From: Paraphysomonas bandaiensis | Taxonomy: Eukaryota; Protista; Chrysophyceae | DNA length: 17,214 nucleotides | Direction: 5' to 3' | Assembly: GCA_965644295.1 (NCBI GenBank) | Contig: CBFFRP010000567.1 | Span: forward strand, 1-17,214 | Part shown: one piece after another, positions 17,185 through 17,214 of the stretch | Position numbering within the stretch: position 1 is the first letter of the stretch | Layout: every line of letters starts with the position of its first letter | Program-made: the position numbers and the translations under genes | Notes under the pieces: generated by a model | Told to the model about the DNA's origin: nothing | The model's input: only the letters and a program-made list of their open reading frames with translations | Databases searched by the model: none

Positions 17185-17214
17185 TAATTAACATAATAAT
17201 ATTATAATGACTTT

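Larger units (their letters stand above)
6957..17214. mobile_element. Endogenous AT-rich virus-like element (Polinton-like virus or virophage type), interrupted by insertions at 7547-13905 and continuing beyond the window
   Basis: Abrupt junction in the hAT ORF starting CACACACAG; very AT-rich DNA; the same repeat at 7385-7546 and, inverted, at 15661-15742; compact intronless genes (lipase, fibre-like, Zn finger). Hallmark capsid, ATPase and pPolB genes are not in the window. Confidence 0.65.

Overview
Eukaryotic, repeat-dense window (host probably a protist, possibly a stramenopile; inference from the hAT style) made almost entirely of nested mobile DNA. From left to right: (1) an intact, very young Ty1/Copia LTR retrotransposon on the minus strand (1-6131) with identical LTRs and one gag-pol ORF; (2) a frameshifted, truncated hAT transposase (6369-6956); (3) an AT-rich endogenous virus-like element (Polinton-like virus or virophage type, inferred) that starts at about 6957 and resumes at about 13906-17214 with a lipase, a small Zn-finger gene, a fibre-like gene and hypothetical genes; (4) inside it, a stack of insertions: a non-coding Copia relative (7547-9658), a 5'-truncated third Copia (9659-10993) and an unclassified 2.9-kb segment carrying a frameshifted SET-domain gene (10991-13905). 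Main points of interest: the three Copia LTRs appear to end in AGT...ACT instead of TG...CA and share a covarying terminal hairpin; a cis repeat array is kept in the non-coding derivative; a viral gene has a candidate programmed -1 frameshift (slippery T-run plus hairpin); and the viral lipase has an adenain-type MKGG|A site. No capsid, ATPase, pPolB or viral integrase gene is in the window, so the virus class is an inference.
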